From Mycobacterium tuberculosis H37Rv (lineage in GTDB: Bacteria; Actinomycetota; Actinomycetes; Mycobacteriales; Mycobacteriaceae): 32,000 nucleotides of DNA. Position 1 is the stretch's first letter. Each line of letters opens with the position of its first letter. Made by a program: the position numbers and the translations under genes. Shown one piece after another: positions 1 through 10,227 of the stretch. The stretch spans positions 1,080,001 through 1,112,000 of the forward strand of contig NC_000962.3 in assembly GCF_000195955.2 (NCBI RefSeq), written 5' to 3'. Under the pieces are notes generated by a model that saw only the letters and a list, made by a program, of their open reading frames with translations, was not told where the DNA came from and ran no database searches.

Positions 1-1055
1 TGGGCCTGGCTACCCCCACGGCCATCATGGTCGGCACCGGCCGGGGCGCCGAACTGGGGATCCTGGTCAAGGGAGGCGAGGTGCTGGAAGCGTCGAAGAA
101 GATCGACACCGTGGTGTTCGACAAGACCGGCACCCTCACCCGCGCCCGGATGCGGGTGACCGATGTGATTGCCGGCCAGCGGCGCCAGCCTGATCAGGTG
201 CTGCGGCTCGCCGCCGCGGTCGAATCGGGCTCCGAACACCCCATCGGTGCGGCGATCGTTGCCGCTGCACACGAGCGCGGGTTGGCGATACCGGCCGCCA
301 ATGCGTTCACCGCCGTCGCCGGGCACGGGGTGCGGGCGCAGGTCAACGGCGGGCCGGTGGTGGTCGGACGGCGCAAGCTCGTCGACGAACAACATTTGGT
401 TCTGCCCGACCACCTCGCTGCGGCGGCCGTGGAGCAGGAAGAGCGCGGCCGCACCGCGGTGTTCGTCGGCCAAGACGGCCAGGTTGTGGGTGTGCTCGCG
501 GTAGCGGACACGGTCAAAGACGACGCCGCGGACGTGGTCGGTCGGCTGCACGCCATGGGGCTACAGGTAGCCATGATCACCGGCGACAACGCCCGCACGG
601 CTGCCGCGATCGCCAAGCAGGTCGGCATCGAGAAGGTGCTGGCCGAGGTGTTGCCGCAGGACAAGGTAGCTGAGGTTCGGCGGCTGCAGGACCAGGGCCG
701 GGTGGTCGCGATGGTGGGTGACGGCGTCAACGACGCGCCCGCCTTGGTACAAGCCGATCTGGGCATTGCGATCGGCACCGGTACCGACGTGGCCATCGAG
801 GCCTCCGACATCACGCTAATGTCCGGCCGGCTCGATGGTGTCGTGCGCGCGATCGAACTCTCCAGGCAGACCCTGCGCACCATCTACCAGAATCTCGGCT
901 GGGCCTTCGGCTACAACACCGCCGCGATCCCACTGGCCGCGCTGGGCGCGCTGAACCCGGTCGTGGCGGGCGCGGCGATGGGGTTCTCCTCGGTCAGCGT
1001 GGTGACCAACTCACTGCGGTTACGCCGCTTCGGCCGCGACGGCCGAACCGCATGA
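1..1055 (+). CDS. ctpV: Copper/heavy-metal translocating P1B-type ATPase, C-terminal part (5' truncated by window edge)
   Basis: The frame is open from base 3 ([13 protein letters not shown]), with DKTGTLT phosphorylation motif, TGEN/TGDN-like AMITGDN and [12 protein letters not shown] hinge motif, then a C-terminal TM pair. Stop at 1053-1055. Confidence 0.93.
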   Translation, partial: GLATPTAIMVGTGRGAELGILVKGGEVLEASKKIDTVVFDKTGTLTRARMRVTDVIAGQRRQPDQVLRLAAAVESGSEHPIGAAIVAAAHERGLAIPAANAFTAVAGHGVRAQVNGGPVVVGRRKLVDEQHLVLPDHLAAAAVEQEERGRTAVFVGQDGQVVGVLAVADTVKDDAADVVGRLHAMGLQVAMITGDNARTAAAIAKQVGIEKVLAEVLPQDKVAEVRRLQDQGRVVAMVGDGVNDAPALVQADLGIAIGTGTDVAIEASDITLMSGRLDGVVRAIELSRQTLRTIYQNLGWAFGYNTAAIPLAALGALNPVVAGAAMGFSSVSVVTNSLRLRRFGRDGRTA

Positions 1056-1684
1056 TCCATGACCTGATGCTTCGTTGGGTGGTTACCGGCCTGTTCGTGC
1101 TGACCGCCGCCGAATGTGGTCTGGCAATCATCGCCAAACGCCGACCGTGGACGTTGATCGTCAACCACGGGTTGCATTTCGCAATGGCCGTTGCGATGGC
1201 GGTGATGGCCTGGCCGTGGGGCGCGCGGGTTCCGACGACGGGACCTGCGGTATTTTTCTTGCTGGCGGCCGTGTGGTTTGGGGCGACGGCCGTCGTTGCG
1301 GTCCGCGGGACCGCTACGCGTGGACTGTACGGATATCACGGCTTGATGATGCTGGCCACAGCCTGGATGTATGCCGCCATGAATCCTCGTTTGCTCCCTG
1401 TCCGCTCGTGCACCGAATACGCCACCGAGCCGGATGGGTCAATGCCGGCTATGGACATGACTGCGATGAACATGCCGCCGAATAGCGGGTCACCCATCTG
1501 GTTCAGCGCGGTGAACTGGATCGGTACGGTCGGCTTCGCGGTTGCGGCGGTTTTCTGGGCATGCAGGTTTGTCATGGAGCGGCGGCAGGAGGCGACCCAG
1601 TCCAGGTTGCCGGGCAGCATAGGCCAAGCGATGATGGCGGCCGGTATGGCGATGTTGTTCTTCGCCATGCTGTTTCCGGTTTGA
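1052..1684 (+). CDS. Integral membrane protein, DUF5134-like (Rv0970-like), 210 aa
   Basis: The ATG overlaps the ctpV stop (ATGA). Several hydrophobic helices and a Met-rich loop [16 protein letters not shown] are present. Gene order matches Rv0969-Rv0970. Confidence 0.85.
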   Translation: MIHDLMLRWVVTGLFVLTAAECGLAIIAKRRPWTLIVNHGLHFAMAVAMAVMAWPWGARVPTTGPAVFFLLAAVWFGATAVVAVRGTATRGLYGYHGLMMLATAWMYAAMNPRLLPVRSCTEYATEPDGSMPAMDMTAMNMPPNSGSPIWFSAVNWIGTVGFAVAAVFWACRFVMERRQEATQSRLPGSIGQAMMAAGMAMLFFAMLFPV

Positions 1685-1774
1685 GGCAGTTCGCCGCCTG
1701 TGTGTCCGAACCGCAAGGTAATTCGGAATAGGCTGTTCCCAACCTCCTGCGTCGTAGGCGGGGGCCCGGCGGGC

Positions 1775-2584
1775 CTAGTCAGCGGCCCGCATCGTCGCCG
1801 GCTGGACCCAGCGGGGCGGACGTTTCTGCAGGAAGGCCAGCATCCCTTCGCGCGCTTCGTCGGAGACGAACAGCCTGGCCGACTCCTCGGTCAGGCGTTC
1901 GGCGTCGCGGTCGAACCCTTCGAGCACGGCGGCCGTGGTCAGCGCCTTCGACGCGGCCAGGCCTTGTGGCGAGCCGCGGCCCACGTCGGCGACCAGCGCG
2001 GCCACCGCGGCGTCCACGTCGTCGGCCGCCATGGTGATCAGTCCGATGTCGGCGGCTTCGCGGGCGCCGAACTTCTCGCCGGTCAGGTAATAGCGGGCCG
2101 CGGCGCGCGGCGAAAGCTTGGGCAGCAGCGTCAGCGAGATGATCGCCGGTGCCACCCCGATCCGTGCCTCGGTCAGCGCGAACGTGCTTTCCGGTCCGGC
2201 GACCACCATGTCGCACGCACCGACCAGGCCGAACCCGCCGGCCCGCACATGCCCGTTGATGGCGCCGACCACCGGCAGCGGCGACTCGACGATGGCGCGC
2301 AACAGCGCCGTCATTTCCCGCGCCCGCGCCACCGCCATCCGGTACGGATCACCACCACCACCGCCGGCCTCGCTGAGGTCCGCGCCGGCGCAGAACGTTC
2401 CGCCGGTATGCCCCAGCACGACCAGCCGCACCGCCGGATCTGCTTCGGCCGCACTCAGCCCTTGATGTAGTTGGCTGACCAGCGTGCTCGACAGCGCGTT
2501 GCGGTTGTGCGGAGAGTTCAGTGTCAGCCTGGCGAAGGGGCCGCCGCAGGCGGCCGGGCCAGCGTAGTCGACGGGGCTGTCCAT
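1775..2584 (-). CDS. echA7: Enoyl-CoA hydratase/isomerase family protein, 269 aa
   Basis: Crotonase motifs NRNALSS, HTGGTFCAGADLSEA, INGHVRAGGFGLVGACDMVVA. Start abuts/overlaps the fadE12 stop. Confidence 0.9.
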   Translation of the reverse strand: MDSPVDYAGPAACGGPFARLTLNSPHNRNALSSTLVSQLHQGLSAAEADPAVRLVVLGHTGGTFCAGADLSEAGGGGGDPYRMAVARAREMTALLRAIVESPLPVVGAINGHVRAGGFGLVGACDMVVAGPESTFALTEARIGVAPAIISLTLLPKLSPRAAARYYLTGEKFGAREAADIGLITMAADDVDAAVAALVADVGRGSPQGLAASKALTTAAVLEGFDRDAERLTEESARLFVSDEAREGMLAFLQKRPPRWVQPATMRAAD

Positions 2585-3750
2585 CAGTAGGACCGGGGCA
2601 GACCCAGCGATGTCTGCGCAACGAAGTTCAGCACCATCTCGCGGCTGATCGGGGCGATCCGCGCCAAGCGGGCCGAGGTCATCATCGCTGCCACGCCATA
2701 TTCCTTGGTGAGGCCGTTGCCGCCCATCGACTGTACGGCCTGATCGACCGCGCGGCTGGATGCCTCGGCCGCAGCGTATTTGGCCATGTTGGCCGCCTCG
2801 GCCGCACCGAAGTCGTCACCATGGTCGTAGAGTGTGGCGGCTTTCTGGGTCATCAGCTTGGCGAGTTCGACCTCAATGTGGCACTGCGCCAACGGATGTG
2901 CCAGGCCCTGGTGCGCGCCGATCGGGGTGGACCACACCTTGCGGGTTTTGACGTAGTCGACGGCCCTGCCGAGTGCGAACCGGCCCATGCCCACCGCGCT
3001 AGCCGCACCCATGATGCGCTCGGGGTTCAGGCCCGCGAAAAGCTGTGCGATCGCCGCGTCTTCGGCTCCAACCAGCGCATCGGCGGGTAGCCGGACGTCG
3101 TCGAGGAAAACCTGGAACTGGCGTTCGGGGCTGACCAGCTCCATCTCGATCGGGGTGTAGCTGAACCCGGGAGCGTCGGTGGGCACCACGAACAACGCGG
3201 GGCGTAGCTTGCCGGTTTTGGCTTCCTCGCTGCGGCCCACGACCAGCACCGCCTGCGCCTGGTCGATGCCAGAAATAAAGACTTTCTGGCCCTTGATGAT
3301 CCAGTCGCTGCCGTCGCGACGCGCGGTGGTGGTGATCTTGTGTGAGTTGGAGCCGGCGTCGGGCTCGGTGATGGCGAACGCCATGGTCAACGAGCCGTCG
3401 GCGATGCCCGGCAACCAGCGCTTCTTCTGATCGTCGGTGCCGAACTTGGCGATGATGGTTCCGTTGATGGCCGGTGACACCACCATCAGCAGCAGCGCCG
3501 AGCCGGCGGCGGCCATCTCCTCCATCACCAGCGACAGTTCGTACATGCCTGCGCCGCCGCCGCCGTACTCTTCGGGCAGATTCACCCCCAAAAAACCGAG
3601 TTTGCCTGCCTCGGCCCATAACTCGCTGGTGTGTTCGTGTTTGCGCGCCTTGTCCAGGTAGTACTCGTGGCCATAGTTGGCCACCCAAGAGGCCACCGCC
3701 TTGCGCAGCGCCTGACGTTCCTCGCTTTCGATAAAGCTGGTGTCTGTCAC
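2584..3750 (-). CDS. fadE12: Acyl-CoA dehydrogenase, 388 aa
   Basis: Acyl-CoA dehydrogenase motifs MAFAITEPDAGSNSHKI and MGGNGLTKEYGV. GTG start overlaps the accA2 stop (GTGA). Confidence 0.92.
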   Translation of the reverse strand: MTDTSFIESEERQALRKAVASWVANYGHEYYLDKARKHEHTSELWAEAGKLGFLGVNLPEEYGGGGAGMYELSLVMEEMAAAGSALLLMVVSPAINGTIIAKFGTDDQKKRWLPGIADGSLTMAFAITEPDAGSNSHKITTTARRDGSDWIIKGQKVFISGIDQAQAVLVVGRSEEAKTGKLRPALFVVPTDAPGFSYTPIEMELVSPERQFQVFLDDVRLPADALVGAEDAAIAQLFAGLNPERIMGAASAVGMGRFALGRAVDYVKTRKVWSTPIGAHQGLAHPLAQCHIEVELAKLMTQKAATLYDHGDDFGAAEAANMAKYAAAEASSRAVDQAVQSMGGNGLTKEYGVAAMMTSARLARIAPISREMVLNFVAQTSLGLPRSY

Positions 3751-5750
3751 GGTGAATCTCCTTCTGCTGGGCCATTTTGAGGTGCTTCTACTCGTGCGAG
3801 AATGGCGCCTACTTCGACCTGTTGACCCGTGTTGACGCTGACGTGGGTGAGCACGCCGTCGGCAGGCGCGGCGATGGTGTGTTCCATCTTCATGGCCTCC
3901 AGCCAGATCAACGGCTGACCGGCCGTGACCGTGTCGCCAACCTCGGCGCCGATCCGGATGACGTTGCCGGGCATGGGGGCCACCAGCGAGCCTTGCTCGA
4001 CGGCCGAGCTCGGCTCGGGGAAGCGTGACAGTGCCACCAGGTGAACGGGTCCGCGCGCCGAGTCGACGTAGACGTCGGGGCCGTGGCGGGCAACCGTGAA
4101 GCCGTGTGCGACCCCGTCCTGGGCGAGCACCACCTGGTCCACGTCAGCCGAGACCAGCTGTACCACCGGATCGCCGGGAAGCGCCAGACCCGTTCTGGTG
4201 AACCGGTATTCGACGCGGTGTTCGGTGTCCGCGTCGTCACGATAGGTCTTGACCTGATAGCCCGAGGCCAGGTTGCGCCAGCCGCTGGGAATCGAGCTGA
4301 ACACGCCCGCGCTCGCCCGATTGTGCTCGGCGTCGGCCAGCGCGGCGGCGATCGCCGACAACCGGAGGGTCGCGGTGTCGGCCAGCGGTGTCGACAACTC
4401 GGCCATGCCGTGCGTGTCGAAAAACCCGGTGTCGGTGGCGCCGTCGAGGAACGCCGGATGACGCAGCACGTTGACCAAGAGCTCACGGTTGGTGCGCAGA
4501 CCGTGCAGCCGGGCGCGTACCAGCGCATCGGCCAACACAAGCGCGGCCTGCCGGCGGGTGGCACCGTAGGAGACGACCTTGGCCAGCATTGGGTCGTAGT
4601 GGATCGACACTGTGGAACCGTCGACGATCCCGGAATCCAGCCGGATGCCGGTCCGCTGTCCCAACGAGTCGAACTGCGCCCGAACCCCCGGAACCTCAAT
4701 CGTGTGCATCACGCCTGCCTGTGGCTGCCAGCCATGCGCGGGATCCTCGGCGTAGAGGCGGGCCTCGATCGAATATCCCTGGGCGGGGGGAGGTTCGGTG
4801 TCGAGTCGCCCGCAGTCGGCAATCATGAGCTGCAGTTCGACCAGATCCAGCCCGGTGGTCTCTTCGGTGACCGGGTGCTCGACCTGTAGCCGGGTGTTCA
4901 TCTCCAGGAAGTAGAACTCACCTTCCCGGCCAGGTGAGTCATCGGCGAGGAACTCCACCGTGCCTGCCCCGGTGTAGCCGATCGCGCTGGCCGCCAGCCG
5001 GGCCGCGTCGAACAGCTTGGCCCGCATCCCCGGTACGCGTTCCACCAGCGGCGACGGTGCCTCTTCGATGATCTTCTGGTGGCGGCGCTGAATCGAGCAT
5101 TCCCGTTCCCCGACCGCCCACACGGTGCCATGGGTGTCGGCCATGACTTGCACTTCGACGTGGTGCCCGGTGGGCAGGTAGCGCTCGCAGAATACGGTCG
5201 GGTCGCCGAACGCGGATTGGGCTTCACGTCGCGCGGCTTCGACTTCGGCCGGCAGGGCCGATAATTCGTGAACCACTCGCATGCCGCGACCGCCACCGCC
5301 CGCCGACGCCTTCACCAGCACCGGCAGCTGCGCGGTGGTGACGGCGTCGGGGTCGAGTTCCTCGAGCACCGGCACCCCGGCGGCGGCCATCAGCTTCTTG
5401 GACTCGATTTTGGAGCCCATCGCGCGCACCGCGTCCACCGGTGGCCCGACCCAGGTTAGGCCGGCCTCCTGCACGGCGGCCGCGAATTCGGCGTTCTCCG
5501 AGAGGAATCCGTAGCCGGGATGCACCGCGTCGGCTCCGGCTGCCTGCGCGGCCGCGATGATCGCCTCGGCGTTCAGATAGTCGGTGGTCTGCGGCAGCCG
5601 GACCCGGGCGTCGGCCTCGGCGACATGCGGTGCCGCGGCATCCGGGTCTGTGTAGACGGCGACGGTGCCGAGCCCCAGCCGGCGGCAGGTGGCGAACACC
5701 CGCCGGGCGATCTCGCCGCGGTTAGCAACCAATACTCGAGTGATTCCCAT
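3747..5750 (-). CDS. accA2: Acyl-CoA carboxylase alpha subunit (biotin carboxylase plus biotin carboxyl carrier domain), 667 aa
   Basis: MGITRVLVANRGEIARRV N-terminus, KASAGGGGRGM ATP-grasp loop, EMNTRLQVEHPVTE, and EAMKMEHTI biotinylation motif. ATG at 5750; the upstream extension of the 1101-aa track ORF is antisense-like noise over accD2. Confidence 0.95.
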   Translation of the reverse strand: MGITRVLVANRGEIARRVFATCRRLGLGTVAVYTDPDAAAPHVAEADARVRLPQTTDYLNAEAIIAAAQAAGADAVHPGYGFLSENAEFAAAVQEAGLTWVGPPVDAVRAMGSKIESKKLMAAAGVPVLEELDPDAVTTAQLPVLVKASAGGGGRGMRVVHELSALPAEVEAARREAQSAFGDPTVFCERYLPTGHHVEVQVMADTHGTVWAVGERECSIQRRHQKIIEEAPSPLVERVPGMRAKLFDAARLAASAIGYTGAGTVEFLADDSPGREGEFYFLEMNTRLQVEHPVTEETTGLDLVELQLMIADCGRLDTEPPPAQGYSIEARLYAEDPAHGWQPQAGVMHTIEVPGVRAQFDSLGQRTGIRLDSGIVDGSTVSIHYDPMLAKVVSYGATRRQAALVLADALVRARLHGLRTNRELLVNVLRHPAFLDGATDTGFFDTHGMAELSTPLADTATLRLSAIAAALADAEHNRASAGVFSSIPSGWRNLASGYQVKTYRDDADTEHRVEYRFTRTGLALPGDPVVQLVSADVDQVVLAQDGVAHGFTVARHGPDVYVDSARGPVHLVALSRFPEPSSAVEQGSLVAPMPGNVIRIGAEVGDTVTAGQPLIWLEAMKMEHTIAAPADGVLTHVSVNTGQQVEVGAILARVEAPQNGPAEGDSP

Positions 5751-5755
5751 CAGCA

Positions 5756-7345
5756 TCACATCCGGAAGACGCCGAAGTTCGACGTCCCCTTGATCGGGCC
5801 ATTGGCGATGGCGGACAAACACATTCCCAGCACGGTGCGGGTGTCGCGCGGGTCGATCACCCCGTCGTCGTAAAGCATCCCGGACAGCACCAACGGTAGC
5901 GACTCGGCTTCGATCTGGCCCTCGACGGCGGCCCGCATCGCCGCGTCGGCGGCTTCGTCGACTTGCTGCCCGCGGGCTTCGGCTGCCGCCCGGGCCACGA
6001 TGGACAGCACGCCCGACAGCTGGGCGCCGCCCATCACCGCGGACTTGGCGCTGGGCCAGGCGAATAGGAAGCGCGGGTCGTAGGCGCGCCCGCACATGCC
6101 GTAGTGCCCGGCGCCGTAGGACGCGCCGATCAGCAGCGAGATGTGCGGGACGGTCGAGTTGGACACGGCGTTGATCATCATCGAGCCATGCTTGATCATC
6201 CCGCCTTCCTCGTAGTCCTTGCCCACCATGTAGCCGGTGGTGTTGTGTAAGAACAACAGCGGCGTGTCGGCCCGGTTGGCCAGCTGGATGAACTGGGTGG
6301 CCTTCTGTGATTCCTCGCTGAACAGCACGCCGCGGGCGTTGGCCAGGATGCCCAGCGGATAGCCGTGCAACCGAGCCCAGCCGGTCACCAGAGACGACCC
6401 GTACAGCGGCTTGAATTCGTCGAACTCGGAGCCATCGACGATGCGGGCGATCACCTCGCGCGGGTCGAATGGGATGCGCAGATCCGGGGGCACGATGCCG
6501 ATTAGCTCCTCGGCGTCGAACAGCGGCTCGGTCACCGGAGCGGGTGCGGGTCCCTGTTTGATCCAGTTCAGTCGCGCCACGATGCGGCGTCCGATGCGGA
6601 TCGCGTCGAGCTCGTCGAGCGCAAAATAGTCGGCCAAACCCGATATGCGGGCGTGCATTTCGGCGCCGCCCAGCGACTCGTCGTCGGACTCTTCGCCGGT
6701 GGCCATCTTCACTAGCGGCGGGCCGGCCAAAAACACCTTGGAGCGTTCCTTGATCATCACCACGTGATCGGACATGCCGGGGACGTAGGCACCGCCCGCG
6801 GTGGAGTTGCCGAAAACCAGCGCAATGGTCGGGATCCCGGCCGCCGACAGCCGGGTCAGGTCGCGGAACATCTGTCCGCCGGGGATGAAAATCTCTTTCT
6901 GGGTGGGCAGATCGGCCCCGCCGGATTCCACCAGCGAAATGACGGGAAGCCGGTTTTCGAAGGCGATCTGGTTGGCCCGCAGTATCTTTCGAAGCGTCCA
7001 CGGATTGCTGGTGCCGCCCTTGACCGTCGGGTCGTTGGCGACGATCATGCATTCCACGCCGCAGACCGCGCCGATGCCGGTGACCAGGCTGGCGCCGATC
7101 TGGAAGTTGCTGCCGTAGGCGGCCAGCGGGCTCAGCTCCAGGAACGGGGAGTCCGGGTCGACGAGCAGCTCGATGCGTTCCCGTGGTGTCAGGTTGCCGC
7201 GGGCGTGGTGCCGGTCGACGTATTTGGGGCCACCGCCGGCGAGCGCCTTGGCCAGTTCGGCGTTGATCTCGTCGAGCTTGCCGCTCATCGTCGCGGCCGC
7301 CTCGTCGTAGGCGGAAGCGTTCGGGTCCAGTGTGGATTGCAGCAC
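5756..7345 (-). CDS. accD2: Acyl-CoA carboxylase beta subunit (carboxyltransferase), 529 aa
   Basis: Carboxyltransferase motifs VESGGADLPTQ, GNSTAGGAYVPGMSDHVVM, GASYGAGHYGMCGRAYDPRF. GTG start chosen at 7345 (VLQSTLDPN...). Confidence 0.93.
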   Translation of the reverse strand: MLQSTLDPNASAYDEAAATMSGKLDEINAELAKALAGGGPKYVDRHHARGNLTPRERIELLVDPDSPFLELSPLAAYGSNFQIGASLVTGIGAVCGVECMIVANDPTVKGGTSNPWTLRKILRANQIAFENRLPVISLVESGGADLPTQKEIFIPGGQMFRDLTRLSAAGIPTIALVFGNSTAGGAYVPGMSDHVVMIKERSKVFLAGPPLVKMATGEESDDESLGGAEMHARISGLADYFALDELDAIRIGRRIVARLNWIKQGPAPAPVTEPLFDAEELIGIVPPDLRIPFDPREVIARIVDGSEFDEFKPLYGSSLVTGWARLHGYPLGILANARGVLFSEESQKATQFIQLANRADTPLLFLHNTTGYMVGKDYEEGGMIKHGSMMINAVSNSTVPHISLLIGASYGAGHYGMCGRAYDPRFLFAWPSAKSAVMGGAQLSGVLSIVARAAAEARGQQVDEAADAAMRAAVEGQIEAESLPLVLSGMLYDDGVIDPRDTRTVLGMCLSAIANGPIKGTSNFGVFRM

Positions 7346-7347
7346 GG

Positions 7348-8496
7348 TCACGATTGATACCCCAGGGTTTTGGCGGCCAAAGCGGTCAGTATTTCGGTGG
7401 TGCCGCCTCCGATACCGAGGATTCGCATGTCCCGGTATTGGCGTTCGACTTCGGATTCGGCCATGTAACCCATGCCGCCGAACAGCTGTACGGCCTGGTT
7501 GGCAACCCACTCCCCGGCCTGCACGGCGGTGTTCTTGGCGAAACACACCTGCGCGATCAGGTCGGTCTCGCCGGCGAGCTGGCGTTCCACCACATGGTGC
7601 GCATAGACCCGGGCGACGTCGATGCGGCGGGCCATCTCGGCCAGCGTGTTCTGCACCGACTGGCGTGAAATCAGCGGCCGACCGAACGTCTCGCGGTCCC
7701 GGCACCACTGCGCGGTGAGGTCCAGGCACCGCTGGGCGCTCGAATACGCCTGGGCGGCAAGGCCGATGCGCTCGGAAACAAATGCCCGGGCGATCTGGGT
7801 GAAGCCGCTGTTCTCGGCGCCCACGAGGTTAGTCGCCGGCACGGCCACGTCGGTGTAGCACAGCTCGGCGGTATCCGAGGAACGCCAGCCCATCTTGTCC
7901 AGCTTGCGGGTCACCTCAAAGCCGGGGGTGTCCTTTTCCACCACCAGCAGCGAAACCCCGGCGGCACCGGGTCCACCGGTTCGCACCGCGGTGACCACGT
8001 AGTCGGCCCGCACGCCGGAGGTGATGTAGGTCTTGGCGCCGTTGATCACGTAATGGTCGCCGTCCCGTACCGCGCTGGTCCGTAGATGCCCGACGTCGGA
8101 GCCGCCGCCGGGTTCGGTGATGGCCAGCGCGCCGATCTTCTCCCCGGCCAAGGTGGGCCGCACGTACGTGGCGATCAGCCGTTCGTCGCCGGATGCGACC
8201 ATGTGCGGTACGGCGATACCGCAGGTGAACAGGGACGCATACACCCCGCCCGGGGCGCCGGCCTGGTGCATCTCCTCGCAGATGATGACGGGGTCGGCGC
8301 CGTCACCGCCGCCACCACCGACCGCCTCGGGAAAGCCGGCGCCCAGCAGCCCGGCGGCCCCGGCGAGCCGGTGCAGGCCGCGGGGCAACTCGCCGATCCT
8401 TTCCCACTCGTCGACGTGCGGCAGGATCTCGCGCTCGGCAAAGGCGCGCACCGTTTTTCGCAGCTGTTGGCGCTCCGGTGTGGTCCAGATGTTCAC
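7348..8496 (-). CDS. fadE13: Acyl-CoA dehydrogenase, about 382 aa
   Basis: Motifs ALAITEPGGGSDVGHLRT and LFGGMGYMAESEVERQYRD. GTG start at 8496 overlaps the stop of the upstream AtuA-like gene; an upstream start at 8538 is also possible. Confidence 0.9.
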   Translation of the reverse strand: MNIWTTPERQQLRKTVRAFAEREILPHVDEWERIGELPRGLHRLAGAAGLLGAGFPEAVGGGGGDGADPVIICEEMHQAGAPGGVYASLFTCGIAVPHMVASGDERLIATYVRPTLAGEKIGALAITEPGGGSDVGHLRTSAVRDGDHYVINGAKTYITSGVRADYVVTAVRTGGPGAAGVSLLVVEKDTPGFEVTRKLDKMGWRSSDTAELCYTDVAVPATNLVGAENSGFTQIARAFVSERIGLAAQAYSSAQRCLDLTAQWCRDRETFGRPLISRQSVQNTLAEMARRIDVARVYAHHVVERQLAGETDLIAQVCFAKNTAVQAGEWVANQAVQLFGGMGYMAESEVERQYRDMRILGIGGGTTEILTALAAKTLGYQS

Positions 8497-10175
8497 AACA
8501 GGGTCTCCGGGATCTCGACGTGGCGGCTGCGCAGCCACTCACCCAGTCCCTTGGCCTGCGGGTCGAAGCGGGCCTGGTAGGCGACGCCCTGGCCGAGGAT
8601 TGCCTCGATGACGAAGTTCAGTGCCCGCAGATTCGGCAGCACGTGACGGGTGACGACCAGGCCTGCCGTTTCTGGCAGCAGCTCCTTGAGTAGCTCGACG
8701 GTCAGCGTGTGCGCCAGCCAGCGCCACTGCTCGTCGGTGCGTACCCACACGCCGACGTTGGCCGATCCGCCCTTGTCGCCGCTGCGGGCGCCAGCGATCA
8801 GGCCCAGCGGTACGCGCCGGGTCGGGCCAGCCGGCAGCGGGTCGGGCAGCGCCGGGGGATGTGCCGGCGCCAGCTCCAACGTCTCAGTGGCGCAGGGAAT
8901 CTCGGTGCGGGTGCCGTCGGCGTGCACGGCGATGTGCGCCACCTTGCCGGCGTCGACGTAGCCGGGGGTGAACACGCCATACACCTGGCCGTCACCGGGC
9001 GGGGCGGTGGCGGTGAACCCCGGGTAGCTGGCCAGCGCCAATTCGACCGCGGCCGAGGAGAATTGCCGACCCACATTGGCAGGGTCGGGATCGCGGGCGA
9101 CGCAGGTGAGCAGCGCGCTGGCGGTTTCTTCGGTGTCGGCGTCGGGGTGGTCGGTGCGGGCCAGCGTCCATTGCAGCTCAGCGGGTTTGACGGTCAGCGC
9201 GGCCTCGAGCTGGCGTCGCACCAAGTCGGCCTTGGCATCGATGTCCAGGCCGGTCAGCACGAATGTCATGGCGTTGCGGAAGCCGCCGATGCTGTTCAGC
9301 GACACCTTGTAGGTCGGCGGCGGCGGTTCGCCGATCACGCCGCTAATGCGCACTCGATCCGGCCCGTCGGGCGACAGTTCGACGCTGTCCATCCGGGCCG
9401 TCACATCCGGGTTGGCATACCGAGCGCCCGTGATCTCGTAGAGCAGCTGCGCGGTGATGGTGTCGACGCTGACCAGGCCGCCGGTGCCGTGGTGCTTGGT
9501 GATCACCGACGAGCCGTCGGCAGCGATCTCGGCCAGCGGGAAGCCGGCGTGAGTGAGGTCGCCTATCTCGGTGAAGAACGCGTAGTTGCCGCCGGTGGCC
9601 TGGACTCCGCATTCGATCACGTGCCCGGCCACCACGGCGCCGGCCAGTCGGTGGTAGTCGGTGCGGCCCCAGCCGAAGTGCGCGGCCGCCGCCCCGACGA
9701 CCACCGAGGCGTCGGTGACCCGGCCGGTGACCACGACGTCGGCGCCGCGCTCGAAGCAGTCGACGATGCCCCATGCGCCCAGGTAGGCGTTGGCCGTCAG
9801 TGGCGTCCCCAGCCCCAGTTCGGCCGCCCGTGGTTGCAGGTCGTCGCCTTCCACGTGGGCGACCTGCGCCGGAATGCCCAGGCGCGCGGCCAGCGCCCGC
9901 ACCGCGTTGGCCAGCCCGGCGGGGTTCAGGCCACCGGCGTTGGTGACGATGCGCACCCCGCGGTCATGGGCCAGGCCCAGGCAGTCCTCGAGCTGGGCCA
10001 GGAAGGTCTTCGCGTAGCCGCGATCGGGGTTTTTCATGCGGTCGCGACCGAGAATCAACATGGTCAGCTCGGCCAGGTAGTCGCCGGTGAGATAGTCCAG
10101 CTCGCCGCCGGTCAGCATCTCGCGCATGGCGGAGAGGCGGTCGCCGTAGAAGCCCGAGCAGTTTCCGATACGCAC
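8493..10175 (-). CDS. AtuA/DUF1446-family protein (Rv0976c-like), about 560 aa
   Basis: N-terminus VRIGNCSGFYGDRLSAMREMLTGGELDYLTGDYLAELTM resembles the acyclic terpene utilisation AtuA family. GTG start at 10175; the track ORF could start at 10229. Confidence 0.82.
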   Translation of the reverse strand: MRIGNCSGFYGDRLSAMREMLTGGELDYLTGDYLAELTMLILGRDRMKNPDRGYAKTFLAQLEDCLGLAHDRGVRIVTNAGGLNPAGLANAVRALAARLGIPAQVAHVEGDDLQPRAAELGLGTPLTANAYLGAWGIVDCFERGADVVVTGRVTDASVVVGAAAAHFGWGRTDYHRLAGAVVAGHVIECGVQATGGNYAFFTEIGDLTHAGFPLAEIAADGSSVITKHHGTGGLVSVDTITAQLLYEITGARYANPDVTARMDSVELSPDGPDRVRISGVIGEPPPPTYKVSLNSIGGFRNAMTFVLTGLDIDAKADLVRRQLEAALTVKPAELQWTLARTDHPDADTEETASALLTCVARDPDPANVGRQFSSAAVELALASYPGFTATAPPGDGQVYGVFTPGYVDAGKVAHIAVHADGTRTEIPCATETLELAPAHPPALPDPLPAGPTRRVPLGLIAGARSGDKGGSANVGVWVRTDEQWRWLAHTLTVELLKELLPETAGLVVTRHVLPNLRALNFVIEAILGQGVAYQARFDPQAKGLGEWLRSRHVEIPETLL

Positions 10176-10227
10176 GGCACCACAGTCAGGGCCATGCGAT
10201 TCCTCCCTTGGGATCGGCGACGCTACC

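Noticed and set aside
5751-7052. Long N-terminal extension of the accA2 frame (1101-aa ORF)
   Set aside because: It overlaps accD2 in another frame, has Arg/Gly-rich shadow-ORF composition, and the biotin carboxylase begins at MGITRVLVANRGE.
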